Below, one piece after another: positions 1-12,199 of a DNA stretch of 64,000 nucleotides; positions within the stretch are counted from its first letter, which is position 1, and each line of letters opens with the position of its first letter. Position numbers and translations under genes: made by a program. Location of the stretch: assembly GCA_951406725.2 (NCBI GenBank), contig OX597817.1:99820001-99884000 (forward strand), read 5' to 3'. The stretch comes from Octopus vulgaris. Taxonomy: Eukaryota. The notes under the pieces are model-generated. The model was not told the DNA's origin, ran no database searches, and saw only the letters and a list, made by a program, of their open reading frames with translations.

Positions 1-1320
1 ATTGAACAACAGGAAATGTTTTTAATCTGACCAAACTGAAATTCAAAACGAAGGTTTTTACTTTACTCATCAGGGAACTTTTATACGCTGATGATTGTGA
101 TCATGTCAGTCATTCTGAAACAGGTCTGCAATCTCTCGTATCTGCATTTGACTCAGCTTGTGATGATTTTGGCCTGACCATCAACTTGAAAAAAACAGTT
201 GTAATGTATAAACTTACATATAGTGCTATTTGTAACACCCCACCTAAAATTTTTGTTAAGGGTAAGTTACTTGAGGTTGTCGATTCTTTCATCTACCTTG
301 GAAGCTCTGTACAAAATGAAGGAAATCTGGATACAGAAATACATCTGCAAATTCAAAGGGTAGCACAAACATTTGGTGGCTTGGAGTTATATGTTTGGTG
401 CAAGCGACATATAAATAACAATACAAATTCAGCTCTTGACAAATCATTTGTCTTAAGTCTTAACATCCCTGTTGTATTCTTGTGAAACATGGACATGTTA
501 TGAAAGACATTTTAAATTGTTGGAACAATTCCACCAAAAATGCCTTCAGCGCATTCTAAACAGTAAATGGAGTTCTTTTACTCCAAACACAGATGTCCTT
601 GCATCTGCAGGCATCATCTCAATTAAAGCTATGATTTTGAGAAACCAAATGAGATGGCGTGGCCATATTGTTCGAATGGCGGATGAACGCATACCCAAAA
701 AGCTGTTTTATGGTGAGCTTGCAGAGGGGAAATGCTATTGGCCTAAACCTACAAAAAAGGTTTAAGGATGGCATAAGGACTACTATGAAGTCACTTGGAA
801 TGGATCCAGAGGACATAGAAACCCTTGCTTCGGATTGAGCTGGATGGTGAACAAAAGTGTGGAGCGGAGTGAAGTGAAAGCTTTTGAAGAGGCCAGAATA
901 ATGCATGCAAGACTCAAGTGAGATTTAACGAAGAATGTTACTATTGAGAAGGTGAATCACAATGACCTTTTTGTGTGTATGGTTTGTGACAGACCATGCC
1001 TTTCTTTTTCTGAGCTAAAATCTCATTTTTGAACTCATGGAAAACAAATCTCCACCAACTATTCTGCCTATGTCTGTGCATGCCTTTCAATGCAATGTAT
1101 GCCAGATTTGTAAATCTAACAGAGGCCTCAAAAGACATTTTAAGATCCACAAAGATCAGAACTTATCTGTGGCTCTTGGTGGTCCAAATCAGATATGCAA
1201 TCTATGTGGGTGTCTTTTCAAAACATTACCTGGTTTAAAAAGCCACATCAGATGCCATGATGGTTATAAGGGATAGGTACAGGAGGTGGTCAAATTCTGC
1301 ATAAGGAGTAGACAACCACC
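1..1320 (+). mobile_element. RTE-clade LINE, degenerate 3' half (RT C-terminus plus C-terminal C2H2 zinc fingers)
   Basis: RELLYADD at ~72-95; GLTINLKKT, FIYLGS, YSCETW, QMRWRGHIVRMADERIPKKLFYGEL in ORFs 186-485 and 472-765; CxxC..H..H motifs in ORF 1037-1276; frameshifts; ends in a microsatellite. Confidence 0.85.
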
Positions 1321-1534
1321 ATATATACACAAACACACACACACATATATATATATGTATATATATGTGTATATATATGTATGTATGTATTTATATATAT
1401 ATATATTATATTAAATTAGAGATAAAACCACTATTAGGCAAATCATACAATGACAAACTTAAGCCAATACATAAGATTAATTAATTTATATTATTTAAAT
1501 ATATATCAAAATTATTAAAAAAGATAATTAATAT

Positions 1535-1604
1535 AACACCACAATCGTTTCATGGCTGTTCAATTCTTAAAATTTTCGAGTTACAGTCATTCTTCAGGTG
1601 GTTT
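1535..1604 (-). ncRNA. Type I hammerhead-like motif, copy 1 (cleavage triplet mutated to GUG)
   Basis: Minus strand: accac-CTGAAGA-atgactgt...acagccat-GAAAC-gatt-GTG-gtg. Confidence 0.5.
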
Positions 1605-1774
1605 ACATATCTAACTTGGCGAGGTTTAATCAATATATATATATATTATATTAAATTAGAGATAAAACCACTATTAGGCAAATCATACAATGAAAAACTT
1701 AAGCCAATACATAAGATTAATTAATTTATATTATTTAAATATATATCAAAATTATTAAAAAAGATAATTAATAT

Positions 1775-1844
1775 AACACTACGATCGTTTCATGGGTGTT
1801 CAATTCTTAAAATTTTCGAGTTACAGTCATTCTTCAGGTGGTTT
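1775..1844 (-). ncRNA. Type I hammerhead ribozyme motif, copy 2
   Basis: Minus strand: accac-CTGAAGA-atg...cat-GAAAC-gatc-GTA-gtg; palindromic stem III (acgatcgt) as in PLE-type minimal HHRs. Confidence 0.7.
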
Positions 1845-1870
1845 ACATATTTAACTTGGTGAGGTTTAAT

Positions 1871-1925
<55 letters not shown>

Positions 1926-1928
<3 letters not shown>

Positions 1929-2170
1929 GCGCCCTTTTAAAGCCTAGCCAGGCTCATGGGCCCGGTTTCCCGGTTTCCATGGCGTACGTGTTCCCCAGAT
2001 GAATGGGATGCCAGTCCATCACAGCGTTACTCATTTTTGCCAGCTGAGTGGACTGGAGCAATGTGAAATGAAGTGTTTTGCTCAAGAACACAATGCATCG
2101 CCCAGTCCAGGAATCGAAACCACAATCTTACGATCATAATGCTGACACTCTAACCACTAAGCCACATGTC
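1926..2170 (-). mobile_element. tRNA-derived SINE
   Basis: Minus strand has A-box-like tggcttagtgg and B-box-like gtttcgattcc, followed by a SINE body. Confidence 0.75.
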
Positions 2171-2172
2171 TC

Positions 2173-2205
<33 letters not shown>

Positions 2206-2224
2206 TGAGAGAGGGAGAAAGAGA

Positions 2225-3300
2225 GAGAGAGAGATAAAGATAGATATGGCCAGTCTATGAGGTTATGCTGGGTTTCACATAAATAAAGTGCTCAGTTTTA
2301 CAGCGTTTCTTCAGGCCCTAAACCTGTTAGCCTATGGCCTCTCTATAAAATGGAGTAAGAAAAGACTTTGTTACTGTCAACAACAGAGGTTTGTCTCCCT
2401 TTGACCCTGTTAGCATGTGGATTCCAAGATACCAGCAGAATTTCCTGAAGTGCAAGATAGAAGAGAGAAAAACACACCCACTTGTTTAAACATCCACCTG
2501 GAGTTAAGGATGTTCTCCAGGTCAAGGGAGTCCTGTAATATCCTCATCCGTTTGGCTATGCACAGTTTACAATGCTTGGTCCCATTTATGTAGGGGCCTG
2601 AATTTTCTTGGATCTTTCATGATATTATGTGTGGAGTGCCATTGTCCTTCAGCCACCATACATGGTTGGTTAAGGACATCGTGTATCTCCTTTCTAGGAT
2701 CCTGGAAGAGGATCTGTGGTTGGAGAGGCACTACTTGAACATGTTACCAGAACATACAAAGTATCTCCGTGTGTAGGTGCTGGCAATGCTGTTTCTTCTG
2801 GCATTGATGCTGCTGCTACTGTTGTTTTTGGTGTTGGTGTTAGTGTTGGTGTCATTGAAGCTGGCGTTGGTGTTGGTGTAGCTAGTGACAGTGGCTCTCT
2901 GAGTGACCATGGGTATGTCTGAGAGTTATTATAAACAGTAATGGCCCCAAGATAGTTTCCCTGGGGCACACCACTTAGAATTTGAGATTCCTCAGAGAGG
3001 GCACCATTGGCTGCAACTACCTGGCTTCTATTCTTAAGGAAATCATGCAGCCATTCTCCCAGTTTACCAGCTATGCCAAGGTCTCACATCTTGTAACATA
3101 TCATGCCATGATCTACCTAATCAAAGGCCTTTGTAAAGTCTAAATACATCACATTGACATCTGAATGATCAAGCAGCTGTTTCAAAACCCAGTCATAGTG
3201 CTGTAAGAACTGTGTGAGTCAGATTCTTCTGAGACAGAAGCCATGCTATGTATTGTTCAATAAGTCATTTTCTTCTTGGAACATTATCAGTTTCTTTCTG
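2225..3300 (-). mobile_element. CR1/L2-like LINE fragment (RT), internally deleted
   Basis: Minus-strand translation YLDFTKAFD*VDH...GIAGKLGEWLHDFL...SGVPQG; in-frame stops. Confidence 0.75.
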
Positions 3301-3493
3301 CCCACCCAAGAACACAATTTACCGAGAACACAATGTACCACCCAGTCTAGGAATTGAAACCACTAATGTTGTCTGAGATGCTTTCATCTCATGAAACTAT
3401 TAGTAGCTCATAAAAACGTATATTGTGGTTATTAAATAATATCTATCTTTCACCAGATGGAATACTTTTTTGTTGATTTTACCATCATGGAAC

Positions 3494-3648
3494 ATCATCA
3501 TCATCATCATCATCGTTTAACGTCCGTTTTCCATGCTAGCATGGGTTAGACGGTTCAACTGGGGTCTTGGAAGCCAGAAGGCTGCGTCAGGCTCAGTCTG
3601 ATCTGGCAGCGTTTCTACAGCTGGATGCCCTTCCTAACGCCAACCACA
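3494..3648 (-). mobile_element. RTE 3' tail fragment
   Basis: Reverse complement of 23480-23634, including the (gat)n end. Confidence 0.8.
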
Positions 3649-3661
3649 AATATATATATCT

Positions 3662-3883
3662 ATTCTTTTACTTGTTTCAGTCATTTGACTGCAGCCAAGT
3701 TGGAGCACTGCCTTTAGTTGAGAAAATCGACCCCAGAACTTATTCTTTGTAAACCTAATACTTATTCTATCAGTCTCTTTTGCCGAACCGCAAAGTTATG
3801 GGTAAATAAACACACCAGCATCATTTGTCAAGTGATGTTGTGGGGACAAATACAGACACACAAACATATATACACACATACAT

Positions 3884-3922
<39 letters not shown>

Positions 3923-3949
3923 CACATATATACACACACACACATATAT

Positions 3950-4041
<92 letters not shown>

Positions 4042-4185
4042 GACAGGCTTCTTTCAGTTTCCATCTATCAAATCCACTCACAAGGCTTTAGTTGGCTCAA
4101 GGCTATAGTAGAAGACACTTGCCCAAGGTGCCATGCAGTTGGACTGAACCCAGAACCATGTAGTTGGTAAGCAAGTTACTTACCA
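3662..4185 (-). mobile_element. tRNA-derived SINE (family A) with expanded internal (CA)/(TA) microsatellite
   Basis: Matches the reverse complement of 62570-62945. Confidence 0.85.
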
Positions 4186-4201
4186 TATATATACATATAT
4201 A

Positions 4202-4425
4202 ATTTAATAGACACAATACATGCTTTTTTGAATTACTAATAGTTTCATATGTTGAGAAATACCTCAAGCATGTCCATCATATCAAAGCAAACCACATATC
4301 ATAACATACTACAAAATTTTTAGTTTCTTATGATGTGGTTTGTACCTGATGAATATTTTTGAGGTGTGTCTCAATGTATGAAATTATTAGTAGCTCATAA
4401 AAACATGTATTGTATCTATTAAATA
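4202..4425. repeat. Inverted pair of PLE terminal-repeat-like sequences with hammerhead-like cores
   Basis: 4202-4303 is an imperfect reverse complement of 4328-4425; + arm has CTGATGA (4346-4352), a stem, GAAA (4380-4383), then ttatta-GTA; partial third copy at 3373-3494. Confidence 0.65.
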
Positions 4426-4496
4426 ATATTTATCTCTCATCAGATGGAGTACTTCTTTTGTTGATCTTACCATTATGGAACAGTGTGTTATATATA

Positions 4497-4978
4497 TATT
4501 AATGACTTGTAGGCAAGTGGTATTTCGCTATGCAACCATAATATACTATAAAGTATATTAAATTATTTTTTCATGAGTCAACACTATGTTCTACTGTGTT
4601 AGCAGTGCTCTTTTACATTATTTTGTTGAGGTTATTTCTAGCCAGCACTGATTTTTTGCTACGTTTCATATCGAGATGTCAGATATAAACAATGAGATTA
4701 GAAACAAAATGGGTAATAAGTGTATATGCCATATTTCAGGGTTTGTTGGCCCTTCATCAGCACCCATCTAACCCACTCTTGCCTCTGAACACATTGCTTA
4801 TATAGCCACCGCATACAGCGGTGTTAAGTTATTGGATATACCAATTTACATGTTAAATGCATTCCTGGGGTTGGTATGTAAATATTAATGACTTGTAGGC
4901 ACGTGGTATTTCGTTATGCAACCATAATAAACTATAAAGTATATTAAATATTTTTATGAGTAAACACCACATTCTACT
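4497..4978. repeat. ~385-bp unit with ~95-bp direct terminal redundancy, containing a hammerhead
   Basis: attaatgacttgtaggca...ttctact at ~4498-4594 and ~4884-4978. Confidence 0.85.
4718..4765 (-). ncRNA. Type I hammerhead ribozyme motif
   Basis: Minus strand: gggtg-CTGATGA-aggg-ccaacaaa-ccct-GAAA-tatggcata-TA-cactt; all three stems pair and the core is intact. Confidence 0.8.
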
Positions 4979-4988
4979 TTATAGTATG

Positions 4989-6930
4989 CTAGCTGAATGA
5001 CCTGGCTTTGCCTGGGTTACTGCTATTCTTATTCAGATTAGTAAACAATAAATATGAAGATATACTCTTATAGTTATTTCAAAATATCTATATTTTATTA
5101 AAAAATATCTAAATTATAATGATAATAGAATTTTGAACTGAAAATCTGTCAATGTTGAAGCACCTTGGGATAAACAATATGTATCATGTAATTTTTTGTT
5201 GGTGTCAAAATGAATAAATTGTTGGTGCTTCCAAGTTATGAGCAAGCAACATAGAGTTGACTGTGGGAGAAGCATGTAGTAGAGAGATCAAGTGCAACTA
5301 CCTTGCGGGATTGACCGAGAGGTTTGTTGATTGAAATACCAAAACTTAGTTTGACTGGAAACTGAAGCATCTTAAATTCAAATGGAACATCTATAGGTAT
5401 GAGAGGAATTTTTGGAATGAAGACATTTTCTCTTTTGTGACTACCTGTTATGATTGTTGCCTATAGGACATGAGGCTTCATGGAAGTAACAATTAAGTGA
5501 GTTCCATTACACAGGTGAGATGGGGCAAGATTCCTAAGCAACATAATGGGAGCACCCAGTTTTAGTATCAAGTTATGCAGTGACATCCCAGTGGGTTTAA
5601 GTGTGTTCAGAAATTCAACAAGATATTGAACAACCTGATCTTGATCGACTGTTGTCAATTGATCGAAAAGTCATTTCTGATGCATTTGTTAAATTTTGAA
5701 GAAGTTCATCATGATTGAGTTTATCAACCACTTCATTAATTGGAGCTGGTATAGCTATTTTACATAGCCAGTTTATATCAATGTAATTGCCTGATAAATT
5801 AGGAAATACTTTATCCATAAGATCCCTAAGAGAACGTATCATTTGATCGCATGTAATTTCTCATAGCTGAAGTCTTGAGTTGAATGCTAATATCCCATTA
5901 CCAATCTTAAAAAGCTTGTATGATCATGTAGAAGTGGTCTCATGTTGCTTGTAAGATGAACTTTTTTCACATGTCTCCAAAGGTGCGATTTTTGTAAGCA
6001 TGCATTGACCTCGTCAGCTTTTGGATCCTTTTGGGGATAACTGGCAACGTTTGATGAAAATCTCTTGCAAAAAGAACTGTTACTCCTCCCATGAGTGTGC
6101 TATTGTTTTTTATATCTCGGAGGCTATGGTCAAGTACCTCTAGAGCTCCACAATGTGACATAGTGCATTCATTCCAATCAATCAGGCAAGTTTGTTGGAG
6201 AACTGTTGCTATTGCAGAATTTTTGGAAATGTTGCACATCTGAGATTCTTTCATTGCAAGGTTTAGAGGGAGCATGAACATGGAATGAGCAGTTCTTCTC
6301 ACATTGAGGAGGGTAGCTGCAATACTGGAAGAAGGTTAGATTTTATTTCCTCCCATTTAGGACTGCAGGTTAAAGTGACAAAAAGATCAGGTTTTCCATA
6401 TGTCCTGACATATGTCATAGCATCTTGTGTTTGTTTGTGCATATATTGAGGACCACTTGTGAATGATGGTGGGAGGATTATAAGTTGCCCCATGTTTTGA
6501 ATATCACCATCTGTCCTCAGAGCATCTTGGAGATGAACATAATTTTTAGCCCTTAACTGTTTTTGATTGTTACAAATGTAGAGGAGACACTGACTCTCAA
6601 TTTTAACATACATACCAACCAGGTATTGCTGAAATAGATCACGATACACATGTAATTTATTTGATTGTTTTGGTCTTGATATCACTTGATAAGAATAGAA
6701 GTCACTTGACACCTTTTTGTTTATAATTGGCTCTCATGTTGCAAGTTCAATCTGTGAAATATTGAAATGATACCCATCTTGTCCATTCCACAAAATAAGA
6801 GGATATTGGAGACATGATAAGGGGGATGAGTCTCTGAAACACGTTTAAGGTTGTTATCTCAAGCATGAATGAGAATATCACAATTTTCATGGGGATCACC
6901 TACTATAATGATGTGGGCTCATTAAAATGG
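4989..6930 (-). mobile_element. Helitron RepHel remnant with 3' terminus
   Basis: ORFs 6299-6712 (LFQQYLV, TQDAMTYVRTYGKPDLFVTLTCSPKW), 5967-6302 (RTAHS, DFHQTLPVIP), 5461-5658 (PIMLLRNL, LCNGT); minus-strand 3' hairpin cccaggcaaagccagg then CTAG at 4989-4992. Confidence 0.9.
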
Positions 6931-7103
6931 TGTAAAATGTCCTTTACTATAGACATAACGAACACAGAAACACACACACACTCACAGACACATAGACACT
7001 CATACACTTATGTATATGTATGTGTAGATGTGTGCATATGTTTAATTGTCTGAGGCCTAATGTACAAAAATTATCACACATAATCTGACATACATACACT
7101 AAG

Positions 7104-7975
7104 ACAAGGTGGTACCAAAATGTTCCCAGACTAGTTCTGTAGCATGCCAACAAATGGCAGCACACTGTTGCATGCAGAGTGAGAGCTTGTAGTGACCTTC
7201 ACGAGGCAGTATGCTGAGTGACATTGTTGTGTTTATTTCAGGAGTTGTGAAATTTGTGATTTTCTGATCATGTGTATGCTGTAGCCTGTTATTTTGTCAA
7301 GACAGGAACAAAGAGGCAACATGAAATTTTGCTTTAAACTTGAGAAGTCTGTTACAGAGACATTGGGTATACTTCAGCAAGCTTATAGTGATGAGGCAAC
7401 GGGCCGTATGCAATGTTTCATGTGGCATGGGCACTTCAAAAGCAGAAAGAATGTCCTTGGAAGACAATGAGTGATCTAGAAGACCTGCATGAATGTCACC
7501 CCTGGGAATGCTGTATTGCGCAGTGAGAATTTGTCCCTAAATGCTAGACTTTCAATCGAGAGTTCTACCACAATGCTTTACGTGTTTAAAAGAGGATGTT
7601 CAGTGAAGAATTATATTCTTCACTGAACTCTCCTCACTTGTGAGTTTCTCACCAAAAACAACATGGTATTGCTTCTGCACCCACCCTATTTACCAGATTT
7701 AGCACCTGCAGACTTTCATCTCTTCCCCAAGATGAAAATGCAGCTCAAAGGTCACCGTTTTAACACTATTGTCAAGATTGAAAGTGAATTACAGAAGGTC
7801 CTCTATTCACTTATGGAAAACAACTTCCAGGTTGAATTCCAAAATTGGCAGGAGTGCTGGAACTGGTGTATTGCTGTGCAAGCTGACTATTTTGAAGATG
7901 ATGTAAAAACTTAGGTAAATAAGTTAGTTTTTATGAAACATAACTAGTCTGGGAACCTTTTGATACCACCCCCTA
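7104..7975 (+). mobile_element. Mariner (Tc1/mariner) element, internally deleted
   Basis: TIRs ggtggtaccaaaatgttcccagactagtt / aactagtctgggaaccttttgataccacc; ORF 7663-7914 with HPPYLPDLAPADFHLF. Confidence 0.9.
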
Positions 7976-7991
7976 TATATTTATATATATG

Positions 7992-9657
7992 TCTATATAT
8001 ATATAAAACTGAGAATGTGTGTCTGTCTGTGTGTTTCCCTAAAACTTGAGAACTACACATTTTTAACTTTTTGCCTAGGACAAGTCCACAGCAATATCAT
8101 ATCTTCTCCACTACGATTCCCTAAAACTTGAGAACTACACAACCAATTTCATTCAAATTTTACACATGCCTTACTTAGGGTCCATATAGTTTCATGGGCA
8201 AAAAAAAAGTTCAACTTCTTGCCTAGAGCGAGCCCATAGCAATATCATATTTTCTCCACTATTTCAGTATTACGTGTTAAAAGTGAAACAAAAACATTTC
8301 TCTATTTTATGTCAGATGCTTTCACTTTAACAATAAAAATTAGAGATAATAATAACAATTGAATTATATGTAGTAAGTAATAATTAAAATCAAACTAAAG
8401 TATAATATAATCGTAACATAACAAAAGTAAAAATAGCAATTGGTATAAAATTGCATCGATAACTTCAACTTGAATAAGTGGTTTCACATGAATGGGAATA
8501 AATGAAAAATAAAATTAGCATGCAGAAATGGAATAGTCCAGATGGAGCTGTGCACATACCGTTTACCACGGCTTTTACATTAGATTATCTGCTAATTAGC
8601 TAGCATTAAGTATCTATATGAAGTTTGGCTGTATGTAATGTCTGTTTTCTCAAACAGCCACTTCTACTGAGTACTGCTGTTGGTTTATTTCTTATACATA
8701 AAGGACTATAGCTTCAACTGCGTACTGCTTTTTGATTCACCGTAAGGTTTGTTGTTATTATTATTACTGTTTAACTATTGTTATCAAGTTTGTTGGTTCC
8801 TCGGAAGGGAAATGTTGTTGCGTTGCATTTGTTAAATAATTGTAAACTGTAACCCTCCCCCTTTGGGAGAAGGAGCTTTGGTTATTGTTTAAAATTTGAA
8901 TTGTGTCCCTGTTTGGGGAACTTGACAATATTTTCACCGTTTATACGGAAGCATTTTTGTTAGAATGCCTTCGATAGAAGAAAGTCCAAAAATGAATTTC
9001 GCTGCGGCCGTTGGTGGGCGCGAACTCATTAAAATTAAAATGGAAGAACTACAAACCTATTTCAGATTGATTACTGACAAAGACGGTGAATCTAGGATAA
9101 CACCACCAAACGAAATAAAAAAATTAAATTAAAGAAAAGATTATCGTCTATAAAGTATACAATGTGGAGAAAAAAAAGATTTGAACACCTGGAGGAAACC
9201 ACCATCGAAAAGTGTCTTGGTGTGACTATGAAAGATATCTAACCAGAGGCAGTAAATTCGCCACAGTAGAAGCAAGGTTTGAGTCAATGGAGCGTGCAAG
9301 GGAGTACTCGACTTGAACCTTGCGAAGTGGAAATATTTTATTTTTACCTTTATATCTGGGACATAGGACGTCCCAGATAAAAATTTAAAATGTCCCCCCA
9401 GAAGTAGAGGTAGGCTGGATTGTAGCCACACTTCTATACAAGAGGACAAGATACAATTGATCGAAATTGCAAGAGACGGGCCTATAATTCCAGTCTGTTA
9501 TATATTTTGAGTATTGTTATCACTAGCGATATCAAGATATAACTTTGTATATTATATTTTATGTGTAGATGTATATATATATAGATGTACATGTAATATG
9601 TACACATATATACATGCACTAGCACTATGACCCGGCAACAACAGGTCATAATGCTAG
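7992..9657 (+). mobile_element. Putative non-autonomous Helitron
   Basis: 5' TCtatatat start resembling 53224; 3' hairpin tatgaccc...ggtcata followed by CTAG (9654-9657) and T. Confidence 0.55.
8965..9480 (+). pseudogene. Degenerate ORF1-like (RRM-type) fragment of a non-LTR retrotransposon
   Basis: MPSIEESPKMNFAAAVGG... then FATVEARFESMERAREY...LFLPLYLGHRTSQIKI*NVPPEV; stops and frameshifts; family assignment is inference. Confidence 0.4.
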
Positions 9658-9675
9658 TATATATATATATAAACA

Positions 9676-9861
9676 TATATTTCTTAGGAAGTTAAAAATA
9701 ATGGTTGGTCATAGAGAAACCATTGGTTTCACACCTACAAAGCACTTAGCCATATAGGTGACTCATCTGAATCAAATGGCTGAAGGCAAAGCACTTTATA
9801 GGTGCAAAACCAATGGTCACTCTATGACTGGCCATAACTTTTAACTTCCTAAAAAAATATA
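9676..9861. repeat. Foldback/MITE-like palindrome
   Basis: taggaagttaaaaataatggttggtcatagag...ctctatgactggccataactttttaacttccta. Confidence 0.8.
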
Positions 9862-9939
9862 CATTACTACTTTAGAGTGTGCTTCTTTTTGGATATATGA
9901 TATACTGACGACATCTAACCATATATATGTGTGTGTGTG

Positions 9940-9983
<44 letters not shown>

Positions 9984-10639
9984 GTATGTATATATATATA
10001 TAGAGCGAGAGAGAGAGAGAAAGTTAATAGTGGGGAATTATCAATCCAGGCAAAATTCTTCATAAGCTTTCTGTTGGAACACCAGGCTAACAATATTACT
10101 TAGATTAGTGAAAAACTCCAGATAATCTTTTGACAGGGTCCAAGGTTATGGTTCATCACAATTCTATATTGTAAATCCATGGTTGGGCTACAGACAAAAT
10201 GGTTTTTACAGAGTGATATATAAAACAAGTTATAGATAATGGTGATATCTGTGGATACATTGTGTTCATATGGTATGTATAAGCGCTTATATTTATATAT
10301 TTCTGGCTATGTTTGCATTCACAAATGGAAAGCATGTTACAGCACTGACCATGAAATCATTTCGATATGCAACTGAACCTTCAAAAAGAATTTTTTCTTT
10401 GTTCATTCCCTCAACTTCAGTGCGTGTGTATATTTGATAATGTAGTTTGACTTTAGTGTCCCTTTCCAGCATGTGGCTTAACTTATAGTAACAGCTCTTA
10501 AAGTAATAATGTATTTTAAAAAATTATATACTTTGTATTAATTTTTTTACCTTAATTGATTTTACATGCTGGCTACTCCATAAAATCTTATATGGATTTT
10601 ATACTTATATTTTATTTATGTATATGCATAGATAAAATA

Positions 10640-12185
10640 TATAACAATCTGAACACAGACAGGTGTTGTAAAGTGTAACCGGTAGAGCGAAAATGGCAAA
10701 AGACCAGGGTGTCATTGCCAAGTCTGATGTTTCACAGGTGTTGTGCGAACCAGTTAGCCAAGCGGTGTCCCATTTGACTGAAGCACAGAAAAGGACAGAG
10801 AGAGCAGGAGATGGAGTAGATGACGTTGCTAGAAGTGCAGGTGAAGGAGTCAGTGATATTATAGGGTCGATGATGGGTGCTGGTGAGGATGGTGCTATTG
10901 GAGAGATAAGGGCAAGTGCGGCAGCATGGGTGGGAGCAGGGGAACGAGCCAGGTTGGGAGGTTGGGTTAGAGAAGAAACTGTCGACCAGGAGGTCATGTA
11001 TGGGCTCGTTTGGAGTGATAGGGGTTGGTTAGAGAAGATGTGTGAAGTGGAGGGATCCGACTGGAGTTGCCGGAAGGCTCAGAGAATGGTGCATTGGAGA
11101 GGTAGGGTGGAAGGGTGGAAGGTGAAGGGAAACAGGAGATGACAGGGTGGGTGCGGGGGGAGAGAGTAGATGCACGGTCCACAGAATGTGCTTGGGCAAG
11201 GGCAGTGTGGATTGTGGTGAGGGGTTATCCATGTAGGATGAAGTTGCAAGCCATGACTTGAGACTGAGTCTCAAAGTCATGGTTGTCACTGCAGAGCCTG
11301 CGCAGATGGAGGAACTGGGAATAGGAGATGGAGAGCTTGTTTAGGGTGGGAGGAGGAGAAGTTGAGGTATGAGTGTGAGTCTGTGTGTTTGTAGTGGATG
11401 GAGGTAATGAGAGTGGAGTGATGAATGCTGACTGAAATGTCGAGAAAAGCAACGGAAGTGCAGGAGAAGTGGAGGGCAGGATGGAAAGAGAGGAAGTTGT
11501 CAATATAATGACCATATAGTTCGGGAGTGGAACCAGTGAAACTTGAGAATATTTGGGCCTCAACGTATCCAACAAACAGGTCCACATAGTTGGGGCCCAT
11601 ACTCATTCCCATGGCCACTCCCAAGAACTGCTGGTAAAAATCACCCACGAACGAGAAGCAGTTAGGGGAGAGAACAAGTTTGGCCAGATGAAGAAGTGTG
11701 GATGTGTCAGAGGTCAAGGTAGTGTTGGAGTGTACGAAACCCCTCGTGGTGAGGGATCACTGTATATAGACTCTTGATGTCAAGAGCGAAGAGAAGTTTA
11801 GAGGGGCCAGGAGGGAAGGAGAAAGAGTTGAACAGATGAAGAGCATGGTTGGTGTCATGGATGTGAGAGAGGAGGGAAGACACTAGGGGAACAAGGACAT
11901 TGTCAAGATATCTGGAGATGAGCTTGGTGGGGCAGTTGCAGGCAAAGATGATGATGTGGCCAGGGATGTTAGGTTTGTGGATTTTGGGAAGTAAATTGCG
12001 GGGGTGCGAGAGGTGCAGACAATGAGGTTGGATGCGGTGGGGGGAGATGAGGTCATGGATAGTGGAGGACACCATCTGTTGGTAGCTGGGCATGGGGTTG
12101 GAGGGCAGTAGAAGGTGTCTTGAAGTTGGTGGAGAGCTTTGGCCTTGTAGAGGTCTGCACACCACACCACCACCCTTTTATTCAC
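10640..12185 (-). mobile_element. Penelope-like element (RT plus GIY-YIG), degenerate
   Basis: LPKIHKPNIPG, DIKSLYTVIPH, GVAMGMSMGPNY, YSQFLHLRRLCSD; downstream SSNVIYSISCSLC...HRLANWFAQHL (GIY-YIG remnant). Confidence 0.9.
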
Positions 12186-12199
12186 TTAGTTTTATATGT

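Larger units (their letters stand above)
1393..1872. repeat. Two tandem 240-bp units, each carrying a minus-strand hammerhead motif
   Basis: 1393-1632 and 1633-1872 nearly identical; flanked by (TA)n, including 1873-1925. Confidence 0.95.

Noticed and set aside
2694-2969. TP-rich ORF as a host gene
   Set aside because: Low-complexity stretch inside a decayed LINE
3718-4170. HT/CV-rich ORFs
   Set aside because: Translation of a (CA)/(TA) microsatellite inside a SINE
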